A stretch of 24,864 nucleotides of DNA from an archaeon (GCA_043806035.1 JAZDHK010000014.1:1-24864); one strand, 5' to 3'; positions 15,425 through 24,804 are shown, counted from the first letter of the stretch. Numbers and translations: made by a program. The notes: generated by a model not told the origin, from the letters alone.

Positions 15425-15679
15425 GGTTCTTCTCTATTTTTTTGTATGCTGATGACGAGGGAATGGAAATTTCCAATATTTTACTATTTTTTATGTTGAA
15501 GTACTATAATAATATTACTTTTTTTACTAGAAATAGTAAAAGTTTTTGCAAATGATTGCTTTTTTTTCAAGAAAAAATAATTGTAACTCTCAAATGATGA
15601 AAGTCTGCTGTGGCTGTATTTTATCTTTCTACGGCTTTTTTGCTCTTACCAAAAAAACATTTTGTACAACCACCATAAA

Positions 15680-15688
15680 ATTTATAAA
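15680..15688 (+). promoter_or_regulatory. Probable TATA box for the S-layer gene; SD GGAGGTG at 15801-15807
   Basis: ATTTATAAA about 125-135 nt upstream of ATG 15814; strong SD 6 nt upstream of the ATG. Confidence 0.55.
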
Positions 15689-15813
15689 CAACCATCAACA
15701 GCTAACGCCTACCACGATACAAGCGGAAGGCTACAGTGGTCACTTGTAGTGAAATGGCCTTTTGCAACCGACCATCATGGTCTCTAAGTGGACAAAAAAC
15801 GGAGGTGTTTTGG

Positions 15814-17970
15814 ATGAAAGTGCAAAACACAGTAAAGAAAATTGCGGCACTCGCTGTCGGCGCGTTCTTTCTTGGCGCTACAGTGGCAGGGGCTTCAGCA
15901 TCATTGGCTGACTATCCTGCACCATTCGTTACGGATGGAGTGAACCACGCAAAGATAGTTATTGGTGATAAGGCAGCAACACAGGATGTGCTTGGCGCTG
16001 TTGACATCGCCACGAGCCTGCAGAGAGCAGCAGTGACGGCAGTCGAAGCGACTGGCGGCAGTGTCAGCGTTGCAGGAGGAAAGACCGAAGACATCCTCGT
16101 CGGAAGTACCCTGGCGACAGCGTTTGGAACGATTGACAGCACAGACGTTCCCTTCTTGGCTGACTCGTCCGTGTCAATCGACATCGGAGACGTCTCAGGA
16201 ACGTACGACTACGAGGAAAGCGTCGCCTTTGTCGGCGGCACAGTCTCAACCGGTGTGACAGCAACGAACCAAGGAGACGACTGGATGGACAAAGTGTTCG
16301 TCACTATCCCTTCGGATGGCATAACGTACACCTTTGACTTCAAGGAGACCTTAGAAAGTGGCAACTACATCAGCGACGCAACAAGTACTGATCCCATCAA
16401 TATCGAGTTCTTGGGACAGAACATGAAGATTGTCGGCGCAAGTGACAACGACACCATAACGGTCCAGGTAGGCAATGAAGTCTTCCTGAACGTCGGTGAC
16501 ACGGCAACGGTTGCAGGCAAGCAGGTCAAGCTGGTCAACGTCGGCGGCGGCTCAACGGACAGCGTTGTAGTCAGCGTTGATGGCGTCCAGAAGACCATCT
16601 CAGGCAGCTCGGCGACGAACGTCAATGGCATCAAAGTGAAGATCCAGGACACGTTCTACTCTGACAGCTTGGCTGAGAGAGCGGCAACACTCATCATCGG
16701 CGATGAGACGACAGAAACGTATGATGACGATGAAGCGTACATCGGTGAGGACGAAGACAATCCAGCATGGGCATGGTATCTTGGCGGTCTTGCGACAAGC
16801 GCACCTACCATTGGCATCCAATGGAAGTTGAACTTGAACAGCTGGGACAACAATGACAACCCAATGTACACGCATGCGTTGTATGAGGGCGACACCATTG
16901 CGTTCCCGAGCGATTTTGCAGAAGTCAAGTTCGTGAACCTGAACCAGGACACCTACCAGAACTACAAGGTAGACGTTGGGCAGAAGACGCTCTACACGAA
17001 CGATGGTGTGACTGAAGTGCATGACAACGGCAACGTGCTGAAGATTACTGCAGTCGGCGCAAGCAACTCGGGCCTGAAAGTGAACGACTCGGGAACCTTG
17101 ACGAAGACTGAAGAAGTCTACCTCTACCCCGAGGCGGCATTGGTTGTCGGCGTCTACTACAAGGACAGCAGCAACAGCAAGGCAGTGTGGGCTAATAACG
17201 TTACAGTGAATGATACTTTAACGTCAGCAAACCTTGCATGGTTCGACTACAAGAAGACAAAGGACAGCTACCCCATCCAAATGAGGAACTGGGTCAACGC
17301 GACGAAGGTTGGTAACCTGACCTTCTACTTCGCCAGTGATGACATGGTGAAGATGACCGTTGACGCGGACACGCGCTTTGACTTCCTTGGTATCGACACC
17401 TCGGCAACAGACGCAGGCCTCTATTGGAATGACGACAGCATTGCGGACTACGAAGAGAACACCAGAACAAAGAATGGTGTTGTCATCTACGACCCCGATG
17501 CAAAGTTCCGAAAGACCAGCGGCTATCTCGAGATGGACGTGCCTGGCGATGTCTCTGACTTCAGAGCAAACATCGCAGTTGTCGGCAAGGGCGGTAGCGT
17601 AGCCTCAACGGGCGGAACAGCTGGTGTTGCATTGAACCCGATCGCATTGGGCATGGCAATCCTGGACAAGGACGCAAGCTTGGGCAACACGCCGTACATC
17701 GTTGTTGGTGGACCCTGCGCAAACACTGTTGCAGCATCTCTCATGGGAACTGCGGCTGACACGTGCGCGGAAGGCTTCACAGAAGGCAAGGCAACAATCA
17801 AGCTGTATGCTGACCAGAATGCACTGCTTGTTGCTGGCTACAGTGCTGAGGACACCCAGGGCGCATCCAGAGTACTTGCTGACTACAGCAAATACATGGA
17901 CGAGTTCACGGGAACTGAGCTTGAAGTCGTAACTGCCAACTTGAACAGCCTGTCTGTCAAGTCAGTATAA
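15814..17970 (+). CDS. S-layer protein (Methanococcales-type S_layer_N/S_layer_C)
   Basis: Signal KKIAALAVGAFFLGATVAGA, LADYPAPFV, IVIGDKAATQDVLGAVDIA, and C-terminal IVVGGPCAN...LLVAGYSAEDT. Start ATG 15814 after SD GGAGGTG. Confidence 0.9.
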   Translation: MKVQNTVKKIAALAVGAFFLGATVAGASASLADYPAPFVTDGVNHAKIVIGDKAATQDVLGAVDIATSLQRAAVTAVEATGGSVSVAGGKTEDILVGSTLATAFGTIDSTDVPFLADSSVSIDIGDVSGTYDYEESVAFVGGTVSTGVTATNQGDDWMDKVFVTIPSDGITYTFDFKETLESGNYISDATSTDPINIEFLGQNMKIVGASDNDTITVQVGNEVFLNVGDTATVAGKQVKLVNVGGGSTDSVVVSVDGVQKTISGSSATNVNGIKVKIQDTFYSDSLAERAATLIIGDETTETYDDDEAYIGEDEDNPAWAWYLGGLATSAPTIGIQWKLNLNSWDNNDNPMYTHALYEGDTIAFPSDFAEVKFVNLNQDTYQNYKVDVGQKTLYTNDGVTEVHDNGNVLKITAVGASNSGLKVNDSGTLTKTEEVYLYPEAALVVGVYYKDSSNSKAVWANNVTVNDTLTSANLAWFDYKKTKDSYPIQMRNWVNATKVGNLTFYFASDDMVKMTVDADTRFDFLGIDTSATDAGLYWNDDSIADYEENTRTKNGVVIYDPDAKFRKTSGYLEMDVPGDVSDFRANIAVVGKGGSVASTGGTAGVALNPIALGMAILDKDASLGNTPYIVVGGPCANTVAASLMGTAADTCAEGFTEGKATIKLYADQNALLVAGYSAEDTQGASRVLADYSKYMDEFTGTELEVVTANLNSLSVKSV

Positions 17971-17971
17971 A

Positions 17972-18002
17972 TTCTTTTTTTTCTTTTTTTTTAATTTTTT
18001 TT
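17972..18002 (+). terminator. Oligo-T archaeal terminator of the S-layer gene
   Basis: Three long T tracts immediately after the stop codon. Confidence 0.75.
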
Positions 18003-18080
18003 CTGACGCGCCAAGGATGAGCAATACATGCTAATCGCGGAAGCAGTAATCTTTATAAATGACTTGTACGTAGGAGCAGC

Positions 18081-18317
18081 ATGCGTTATTGGCTCATCCT
18101 ACCCGCACTTGTCTTCGCTGTAGGTCTCTACCTCATAGGGCACGGTGCCATGACCGGCTTTGTCATCAGCCAATCCTGCTGTTTCCCTCCGCAATGCGCT
18201 GCAGAGAACGTTTGTGATGCAGTGAAGCCAATGACTGCGCACGAAACGCCCATAGGGTTTGTGTTAATAGTTGTGAGCTTCGGCTTGTACCGTGCGGGAG
18301 TAGAAATCTTTAAATAA
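18081..18317 (+). CDS. Small two-TM membrane protein with a Cys-rich loop
   Basis: Two hydrophobic segments flanking MTGFVISQSCCFPPQCAAENVC; TTTATAAA at 18052-18059. Confidence 0.7.
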   Translation: MRYWLILPALVFAVGLYLIGHGAMTGFVISQSCCFPPQCAAENVCDAVKPMTAHETPIGFVLIVVSFGLYRAGVEIFK

Positions 18318-18339
18318 TGCGCTTTCTCCAGTGTTGCTG

Positions 18340-19965
18340 ATGCGGAAACTGCTCTTCCTCTTTGGTGTTTTGGTAATGGTCTTGCTTCTTCCTTTTGTTT
18401 CTGCAGGGACGTTGCTTGATGAAGAGCACGTGCATGGTGACATCCTTACCATTAATGGCCTTTCCTATACGTTACGTGTCAACAGCATCAGGAATGCGGA
18501 AGCGTTCAGGACGTACGTTTCAGCAGTCATTGTCAGGCAGGATGGAGAGCTCGTTCTTATCCGGGGAGAGCGCTGTGAAATGATTGATGACATAGAATTC
18601 TGTGTTGTAGGTTCAGAGACTGACTTTGACACCATTGACATCAACGGGGAATTCCCCCTCCTCATCCATCTCGTCATCTCAAAATATGATCCTACAACAA
18701 CAGACTTGGGAGTGAGCATAACGAAGACGTTCACGCCGAACCCTGCGGTCCTGGACAAGACAACACAAGTAGACCTCAAAGTAAGTAATACGGGGAACGT
18801 GGTCGCGAGCTTTACTCTCGAAGACGACATTCCTGCAGAATTCACTATCATTCCTGGTCAGCCTCTTTCGTTGACCGCTCGCACGGTCGTCTGGAGAAGC
18901 CAGTTCGTCAGGCCTGGCGAGTCTGCCAATTTCACGTATAACCTCACGGCAAAAGTGCTCGGCAATCATACGGCGTCAGAGCCACGGGCATCCATAAGCT
19001 ATAACGGCACGACAAAATTGGCAAGAGGGACAGCAACGAGCTTTTCCATCATCAACCCCATACAGCAGTACAGGAAGATAACGACCACGTTGAGCAAGAG
19101 CGCGATTGAGCCGAGCGAGGATGCACTGTTCAGCATAAACGTCAAGGAGAACTATTCCTTGTCCTTATCTGTCGAGGGAAAGGTGACCATCCCAAAATTT
19201 GAGTCGATCGGCAGGACGCACGGTACGAGAAAGATGGGTGAGACGCACTACATCAACGAGACGCTAGCGCCGCAAGGGGAGAATACGTGGGAGTTTTTCA
19301 TCACACCAACTACCTTGACAGGAATAAACATCACTGCTGATTTACATTACATCTTCAGGGAGGCAGGGAAGATGTACGTGTGGGATGAGAACATCACCAA
19401 GGAGCTTGTCGCTGCAGTGCAGAACTTGACTCCTATCTTTTATACCTATCCTGAGAATGTGCTGCCTGGCAACGAATTACAGGTGGAATTCCATCTGCAG
19501 AATCCCAATGCGTACAGTCCGGCCTATGCTATCATAGGAAACATTACTAGTCCTTTCTTTGACGTTCCCATCAATGCGTCTATTCTTTCCGCGGGACGTT
19601 CTGAACGGATACGGTTCATTCAGCGTATCCCCAAAAAGACAAGAGGGGATAATTTTACTATCACTGCAAGAGGAACGTACCGGTTTGTGACGGGAGAGCT
19701 TTTTCACTTCAGCCTAACAAAGACGATATTCCTGAACACGTCATTGCCTGTTGAGGACGTTGACGACGAGCCAGTGCTGCCTCCGGTGATCATTGAACTG
19801 GACGAAAATGATACCGTCATAGGAGAGCTTCCGAATGAGAGCAACATCATTCACGAGAACATAACCTTTGTTGATGAGCCTTCCGTAGATCCTCCCAAGA
19901 GGGGTTTTGACGCCATTCTTGACGCAGTGACAGGATTCTTCCAACGACTATTCGGGGTGAAATAA
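18340..19965 (+). CDS. Secreted surface glycoprotein with Ig-like (DUF11/CARDB-like) domains
   Basis: Signal MRKLLFLFGVLVMVLLLPFVSA; ITKTFTP...VDLKVSNTGN...LEDDIPAEF...PGESANFTY (DUF11-like); many N-glycosylation sequons; amphipathic C-terminus. Confidence 0.75.
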   Translation: MRKLLFLFGVLVMVLLLPFVSAGTLLDEEHVHGDILTINGLSYTLRVNSIRNAEAFRTYVSAVIVRQDGELVLIRGERCEMIDDIEFCVVGSETDFDTIDINGEFPLLIHLVISKYDPTTTDLGVSITKTFTPNPAVLDKTTQVDLKVSNTGNVVASFTLEDDIPAEFTIIPGQPLSLTARTVVWRSQFVRPGESANFTYNLTAKVLGNHTASEPRASISYNGTTKLARGTATSFSIINPIQQYRKITTTLSKSAIEPSEDALFSINVKENYSLSLSVEGKVTIPKFESIGRTHGTRKMGETHYINETLAPQGENTWEFFITPTTLTGINITADLHYIFREAGKMYVWDENITKELVAAVQNLTPIFYTYPENVLPGNELQVEFHLQNPNAYSPAYAIIGNITSPFFDVPINASILSAGRSERIRFIQRIPKKTRGDNFTITARGTYRFVTGELFHFSLTKTIFLNTSLPVEDVDDEPVLPPVIIELDENDTVIGELPNESNIIHENITFVDEPSVDPPKRGFDAILDAVTGFFQRLFGVK

Positions 19966-20258
19966 TGGATTCGAAAGAGAAGCAGAAAAGTACAACATGG
20001 GATCTGTATCAGCAGGAAAAACGCATACCAGAACATGTTGGCGAGGTGGAATTTCCCACTCATGACCTTGAAGAGGATGAAGAAGGTCTATTTGACATCA
20101 TTCTTAAATCAGGAGAGCAGGTTAGGGCAACACCCCATTTTTATGCCGGACCATATAACCTGAATCAACGAAAATGGGAATTGCTGCAGGCAACGGAGAA
20201 GCACAAACGAAGCCATGAAGTAGACCATGACGAAGTGTACGCGTGGAAAGAAATATAA
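19965..20258 (+). CDS. Hypothetical protein
   Basis: 97-aa ORF coupled to the previous gene (TAATG) with GGGGTGA upstream. Confidence 0.6.
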   Translation: MDSKEKQKSTTWDLYQQEKRIPEHVGEVEFPTHDLEEDEEGLFDIILKSGEQVRATPHFYAGPYNLNQRKWELLQATEKHKRSHEVDHDEVYAWKEI

Positions 20259-20265
20259 AAAGAGT

Positions 20266-20679
20266 TTATTCTTCCGATTTGATGTCGGTCGTACTGCCCT
20301 TGCTTCGGTAAATCTCGGCAAAGTTGGGTGCAATAACAACGAAATCTTCGCTGAATCCTGCAATATCCCCTTCCATGGCATCGCAGGTCTTCTTCAGCTT
20401 GTTGATTGCTCGCTTGAGCTCCACGATGTCCTTTTCCCGCAACGGCTTGATGTTCACGAGGCAGATGGTATTGCCTTCGCGCAATGCCTCGAGGATGGGC
20501 TTGACGTCAGAGAAGTCCTCGATGATGAACGGCCGTACAATGATTTTTTGGTTGCCGCCAGCCCCTCTCTCCGTGTCTAGCTCGACATAGTCAGCTGCCT
20601 GCTCTCCATCCTCGTCATAATCATCGTCAGCGCGCCGAGAAAGCCCTAATCCTTTACCTAGTTTCTTGAAAAAGCTCAT
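20266..20679 (-). CDS. sepF: Cell division protein SepF (archaeal DUF552 type)
   Basis: YVELD, IEDFSDVKPILEALREGNTICLVNIKPL, LKRAINKLK, GDIAG...VVIAP; SD GGAGGAG. Confidence 0.88.
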   Translation of the reverse strand: MSFFKKLGKGLGLSRRADDDYDEDGEQAADYVELDTERGAGGNQKIIVRPFIIEDFSDVKPILEALREGNTICLVNIKPLREKDIVELKRAINKLKKTCDAMEGDIAGFSEDFVVIAPNFAEIYRSKGSTTDIKSEE

Positions 20680-20728
20680 GGTTTACTCCTCCGTAAATCC
20701 CACGCGAGATAAGCGTTCACTCTTGTAT

Positions 20729-21706
20729 TTAAACTTTGTGTTTCTTGGTCAGTGCGACCCACGCTGCTCCTTTTAAACCAACGTCCTGGTCAGTGATAAC
20801 GCCGACAGGTGTGTTTTTGAGGATGTCACGTATGCTAGGAACGTTGCTCATCCTGAATGCAGTGATGAAATCCTTGCCGAAAATCTTCTCATTCTTTGCC
20901 GCAATGCCTCCTGCAATGAGAACTGCTTGGGCAAGGACGCTTACGCAATAGTTTCTTGCCTGGTAGCCGTAGAATCGCTCAAAAAGCGAAAATGCCTTTT
21001 TTGCAAGGGGATCCTTGGTGTAGTTACGCATGATCGCAGCGGGTTTTTCTTCTTCAGGAACGTCTTTTAAGAATGCAGGTTCTGCGCCTGCATAGAATAC
21101 GTATGCGCGGACGATGCCTCTGCCGGAGACGATGCTCTCGATTTCAGGGAGTTCATCGTATGTCTTGAGGAATTCTGCAAAGGCGTATTCTTCGCTGTTC
21201 TGCGGCATGAGCAAAGACGATCCTGCTTCTGAGGGGATTGCCGTGTACGTACCCTCCTTGCAAAAGGCGAAGACATGACCCAACCCTGTGCCTGCACCGA
21301 TGATGGCGACCCTTTCTGGAAGCTTCTTGAGCTTGCCCTGCACGTACGTTATGCTTTTCTGGTCGAGAGCGTTCATGGCATAGCCGATAGCTTCAAAATC
21401 ATTGATGAGGATGACGCTGTTTAACGATGTTTTTTTCTGGATGAGCTTAGCATCGATTTTCCATTTGGCGTTCGTGAGAAAACACGTGCTTCCATCGGGT
21501 GAGATGGGGCCTGCGACGGCAAAGCATGCGATTCGGGGAGTATACCTGCCTGTCGTCTTGAGGACTTCTGCGAGCGTGTCCATGAATGGCTTGCCGGAGC
21601 TGTACGTTCCCCTCCAGACGATGCCGTGCTCGTTTGCTATGGCAAAGCGCGCATTCGTTCCTCCTATGTCTGCTGCGAGGACGTTGGTCATGCGCTCACT
21701 TCCCAT
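20729..21706 (-). CDS. glk: Glucokinase (bacterial-type ATP-dependent Glk family)
   Basis: ADIGGTNARF, AVAGPI, LTNAKW, INDFEA, GAGTGLG, ESIVSGRG, IAGGIA, GLKGAA; coupled to PGI/PMI (TAATG). Confidence 0.88.
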   Translation of the reverse strand: MGSERMTNVLAADIGGTNARFAIANEHGIVWRGTYSSGKPFMDTLAEVLKTTGRYTPRIACFAVAGPISPDGSTCFLTNAKWKIDAKLIQKKTSLNSVILINDFEAIGYAMNALDQKSITYVQGKLKKLPERVAIIGAGTGLGHVFAFCKEGTYTAIPSEAGSSLLMPQNSEEYAFAEFLKTYDELPEIESIVSGRGIVRAYVFYAGAEPAFLKDVPEEEKPAAIMRNYTKDPLAKKAFSLFERFYGYQARNYCVSVLAQAVLIAGGIAAKNEKIFGKDFITAFRMSNVPSIRDILKNTPVGVITDQDVGLKGAAWVALTKKHKV

Positions 21707-22791
21707 TACAAAAAGCTCCCCATGAGTTTCTTGAACTCTTCCACGATGTCGACGGGAGTGGGATTCGTGCTGTAGTTGATGGCGAGATGATAGCTGATCC
21801 AGTCGCCCAAGAATATGGCAGAGCAGGCTTTTCCTAAGTACGTGTCGCCGTGCAAGCGTATCTCGATAACAGGCATGGAGGTGATGCCCTGCTGTTTTGC
21901 TTTCTTCCCGATGAGGTCTCTGAAGATGGTCATGCGCTTCTGCACGCGTTTGTGGTCGTCGTCGGCAGTGAGCAGGATGACGGCAAACTTTTCAGTGAAG
22001 GGTGAGGTGAGTGTGCAGAGTTCGTTGTGATTCATTTCCGGGAATGCGTTGGCGTAGGCGGGGATTTTCGTGTTTTCGTTGAATTGCGTCTTCATGCGGT
22101 AGGCGGCGACGTAGTATTGTGTGCTCGCATACACCAAAGGAATCTTTCCCTGCAGTTTCTGTGCAAGATCCTGGGCTGTCTGCTCGTAGTTTGTCCGTGT
22201 CGCTTTCAGGACGCTCTGCACATCCTTGCTCTGGTCGGGGATGAGCCGATTGATGTCCAGCACGTTAAGAAGGGGCAAGAAGAGATAAGGGAGTGCTATT
22301 CTGGGAGGGAGTCCTTGTGGCAGTTCGATGCAGGGAACGTTGTCTCGTAGGCTTGCTTCCTTGAGCCTGCCGCCGCTCGTGATGATCATGATGTTTTTTG
22401 TTTTCTTGAGCGCTTCTCTGTAGCAGCTGATGCTCTCTTCCGTGTTTCCCGAATAGGAGCTGATGATGACGAGCGTGTTCTCATCTACGGTCGCGGGAAG
22501 GGCATAGTCTCTGTTGCACGTGATGCTTTTGAGCGTGTACGAGGATGGTTGCTTGTTGAAGAAGTGCAACGACTGGTACATGCTCGGTGCGAGCTTGTGC
22601 TGGAAGTAGTCGGCAAGCAATTGCCCTCCGATGGCCGAGCCGCCCATGCCGCAGATGACGACAGAACGGATGGTTGCGTTGCTGAAGCTCACGTTCTTGC
22701 CAAGCTTCGCGGCTTGCTCGACGTGCTGCGGCATGCTCTGCAGCAGTCCTTTCATGTTCTGCATGTCGATGAGCGGAGTGGATGCTGGCAT
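21706..22791 (-). CDS. Bifunctional phosphoglucose/phosphomannose isomerase
   Basis: ICGMGGSAIGG, SSYSGNTEE, ITSGG, PPRIAL, KTQFNENTK, FPEMNHNE, PTPVDIVEEFK. Start placed at ATG 22791 with TTTTTATA about 23-30 nt upstream. Confidence 0.92.
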   Translation of the reverse strand: MPASTPLIDMQNMKGLLQSMPQHVEQAAKLGKNVSFSNATIRSVVICGMGGSAIGGQLLADYFQHKLAPSMYQSLHFFNKQPSSYTLKSITCNRDYALPATVDENTLVIISSYSGNTEESISCYREALKKTKNIMIITSGGRLKEASLRDNVPCIELPQGLPPRIALPYLFLPLLNVLDINRLIPDQSKDVQSVLKATRTNYEQTAQDLAQKLQGKIPLVYASTQYYVAAYRMKTQFNENTKIPAYANAFPEMNHNELCTLTSPFTEKFAVILLTADDDHKRVQKRMTIFRDLIGKKAKQQGITSMPVIEIRLHGDTYLGKACSAIFLGDWISYHLAINYSTNPTPVDIVEEFKKLMGSFL

Positions 22792-22874
22792 GCCTTCTCG
22801 CAGGAAGGCAGGGTATAAAAAACTTATGAAAACGTGCGCACTGATGGTCTTGTTTCGAGAAAAACGCAAAGCAG

Positions 22875-23366
22875 TTACTTCAGCCCGTACACACTCCAGA
22901 CATCGCCGGTGAAGTAATCGTGAGGGGTGTAGCCGAGGATGGATGCGACAGTATTGATGTTCTTTTTCGCCCCCTCGATCTCGATGAATGCGGGAATTTC
23001 TTTTGAGCGGATGATCTCAACGCTGCATTTTTTGAGTGTGTAGTATTCGCGCAGGACTTCGTGCCGTGAATACTGCTGCAGGCCGAGCAGTTCGAGCGCT
23101 GCGAAGATGCTTTTGTCGACGGGGTATTCGTATTCTGTTCTTGTTTTTGTGTTGTCCGTTCGGGTGACGGGTCCTTTGATGGTGAGGATATACGTTTTGC
23201 CCTCTTGTCTGACTCGGATGGCGAGATTGACGAGTGGCGTGTTCTTCTCCTGATAGAGCATGTTGGTTTGTTTGACTTTCTTGATGAATATTGCCTGTTC
23301 TTCTTCGAGCTGTTTGCGTATTCGTTGTGGATGCACGTCCAGGATTTTGACTTCTTTCTCGAGCAT
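22875..23366 (-). CDS. CYTH-domain protein (class IV adenylate cyclase/triphosphatase fold)
   Basis: N-terminal EKEVK (ExExK), IRVR, LTIKGP, RTEYE, FIEIEG. Confidence 0.87.
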   Translation of the reverse strand: MLEKEVKILDVHPQRIRKQLEEEQAIFIKKVKQTNMLYQEKNTPLVNLAIRVRQEGKTYILTIKGPVTRTDNTKTRTEYEYPVDKSIFAALELLGLQQYSRHEVLREYYTLKKCSVEIIRSKEIPAFIEIEGAKKNINTVASILGYTPHDYFTGDVWSVYGLK

Positions 23367-23443
23367 GCTTGCCGCAATTTGCAGGCATTAAAAAATGTTG
23401 CGGAACAAGAAACATTTTTATGTGTCTTGCCGTTCGTGAGTTC

Positions 23444-24751
23444 ATGGCGAATGTTCACATCATCACCTTCGGCTGTTCCTTGAATCAGAGCGACAGCGAA
23501 GCTATGGCCGGCATCCTGCACGAGCATGCTCTGCATATCGTCGATGATCCTGCCGAGGCTGACGTCGTTATCATCAATTCCTGCACGGTCAAGAGCAAGG
23601 CGGAGCGCAAACTCTTCACAGAAATCGAGCGCTTCTCGAAGATGGGAAAGAAGATCGTCATTGCAGGCTGTGTCCCGCAAGCGGACAGGCATCTGTCGCA
23701 GACTGTACTGAAAGACTATTCAATCATAGGAACGACGCAGCTGGACAGGATTGCTGATGTCGTCGAGGAAACGCTCGCGGGCAATGCCGTACATATTCTG
23801 GACAGGAAGGCAAATGACAGGCTCAAGCTTCCTGTCATCAGAAGGAACAAGAACATAGGCATCATCCCCATCAATGATGGCTGTCTCGGCAGCTGCACGT
23901 ATTGTAAGACCGTGCAGGCGAGAGGCACGCTCAGAAGTTACACTGCAGCAGCAATCAAGAAGGCGATGCAGGCTGCTGTCGACGATGGGTGCACAGAGAT
24001 TTGGCTGACCTCGCAGGACACGGCCTGCTATGGCCTTGACCTATTCCCCCAAGAGAATCTTCCGTCGCTGCTGCGGCAGCTGTTGACCGTGCGTGGCGAC
24101 TTCAAAATCAGGATGGGCATGGGCAATCCGACGCATTTGAAAGCGTACGTCGATGAGCTTGCAGAACTCCTGAAGCATCCGAAACTGTTCAAGTTCGTAC
24201 ACATCCCGCTGCAGTCAGGCAGCGATCGTGTGTTGTCGATGATGCATCGCGAATATACGGTCGCTGATTTTGAGAAAATTGTGCATGCGCTCAGGACGGC
24301 AGATCCACGCGTCGCTATCGCGACCGACATGATAGTGGGATTTCCGACGGAGATTGATGCTGATTTTGAGGAGTCGCTGTGTCTCTTGCAGAGAACGCAG
24401 CCTGATGTTGTGAACGTCAGCAGGTTCTGGGCACGGCCGGGGACGGCTGCAGCACGAATGCCTCCTGTTGCGGGCAAGACGAGTACTATGCAAGCGAGGG
24501 CCATGATGGCATTGGCAAAGCAGGTGATGCTGGAAAGGAATCAGCAGTGGTTAGGCTGGGAAGGAGCTTGTGTCATAGAGGAACTGAACGAGCGGAGGGC
24601 GGTGCTGAGGAACGATTATTACAAGCACATTCTCTTGCCAACATCGCACGTCCTTGCCTCAGCAGTTTTTCCTGGTAAACGCTTATCGGTGCGCATCATG
24701 CAGGTATCTGCGTTTGACCTGCACAGTATCTCCGATAGGGTTAGGTCGTAG
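23444..24751 (+). CDS. mtaB: tRNA t6A37 methylthiotransferase (archaeal e-MtaB, MiaB-like radical SAM)
   Basis: TFGCSLNQSDSE, INSCTVK, AGCVPQ, CLGSCTYC (CxxxCxxC), SQDTACYG, RMGMGNP, HIPLQSGS, IVGFPTE. Start placed at ATG 23444. Confidence 0.9.
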   Translation: MANVHIITFGCSLNQSDSEAMAGILHEHALHIVDDPAEADVVIINSCTVKSKAERKLFTEIERFSKMGKKIVIAGCVPQADRHLSQTVLKDYSIIGTTQLDRIADVVEETLAGNAVHILDRKANDRLKLPVIRRNKNIGIIPINDGCLGSCTYCKTVQARGTLRSYTAAAIKKAMQAAVDDGCTEIWLTSQDTACYGLDLFPQENLPSLLRQLLTVRGDFKIRMGMGNPTHLKAYVDELAELLKHPKLFKFVHIPLQSGSDRVLSMMHREYTVADFEKIVHALRTADPRVAIATDMIVGFPTEIDADFEESLCLLQRTQPDVVNVSRFWARPGTAAARMPPVAGKTSTMQARAMMALAKQVMLERNQQWLGWEGACVIEELNERRAVLRNDYYKHILLPTSHVLASAVFPGKRLSVRIMQVSAFDLHSISDRVRS

Positions 24752-24780
24752 AATTCTCTACTGTGTGGTGTAGAGAAAAA

Positions 24781-24804
24781 TCAATGCAGGAGTTCCTGCA
24801 TTGA
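24781..24804. repeat. 11-bp perfect inverted repeat
   Basis: TCAATGCAGGA-gt-TCCTGCATTGA; a second hairpin TTCTCTAC-n8-GTAGAGAA lies at 24754-24777. Confidence 0.8.

Noticed and set aside
13520-15700. Integrated element with attL/attR at tRNA-Leu
   Set aside because: No integrase and no duplicate of the tRNA 3' end seen in the window.
22880-23692. 270-aa minus-strand ORF
   Set aside because: It overlaps the CYTH gene out of frame and mtaB antisense; the composition is not protein-like.
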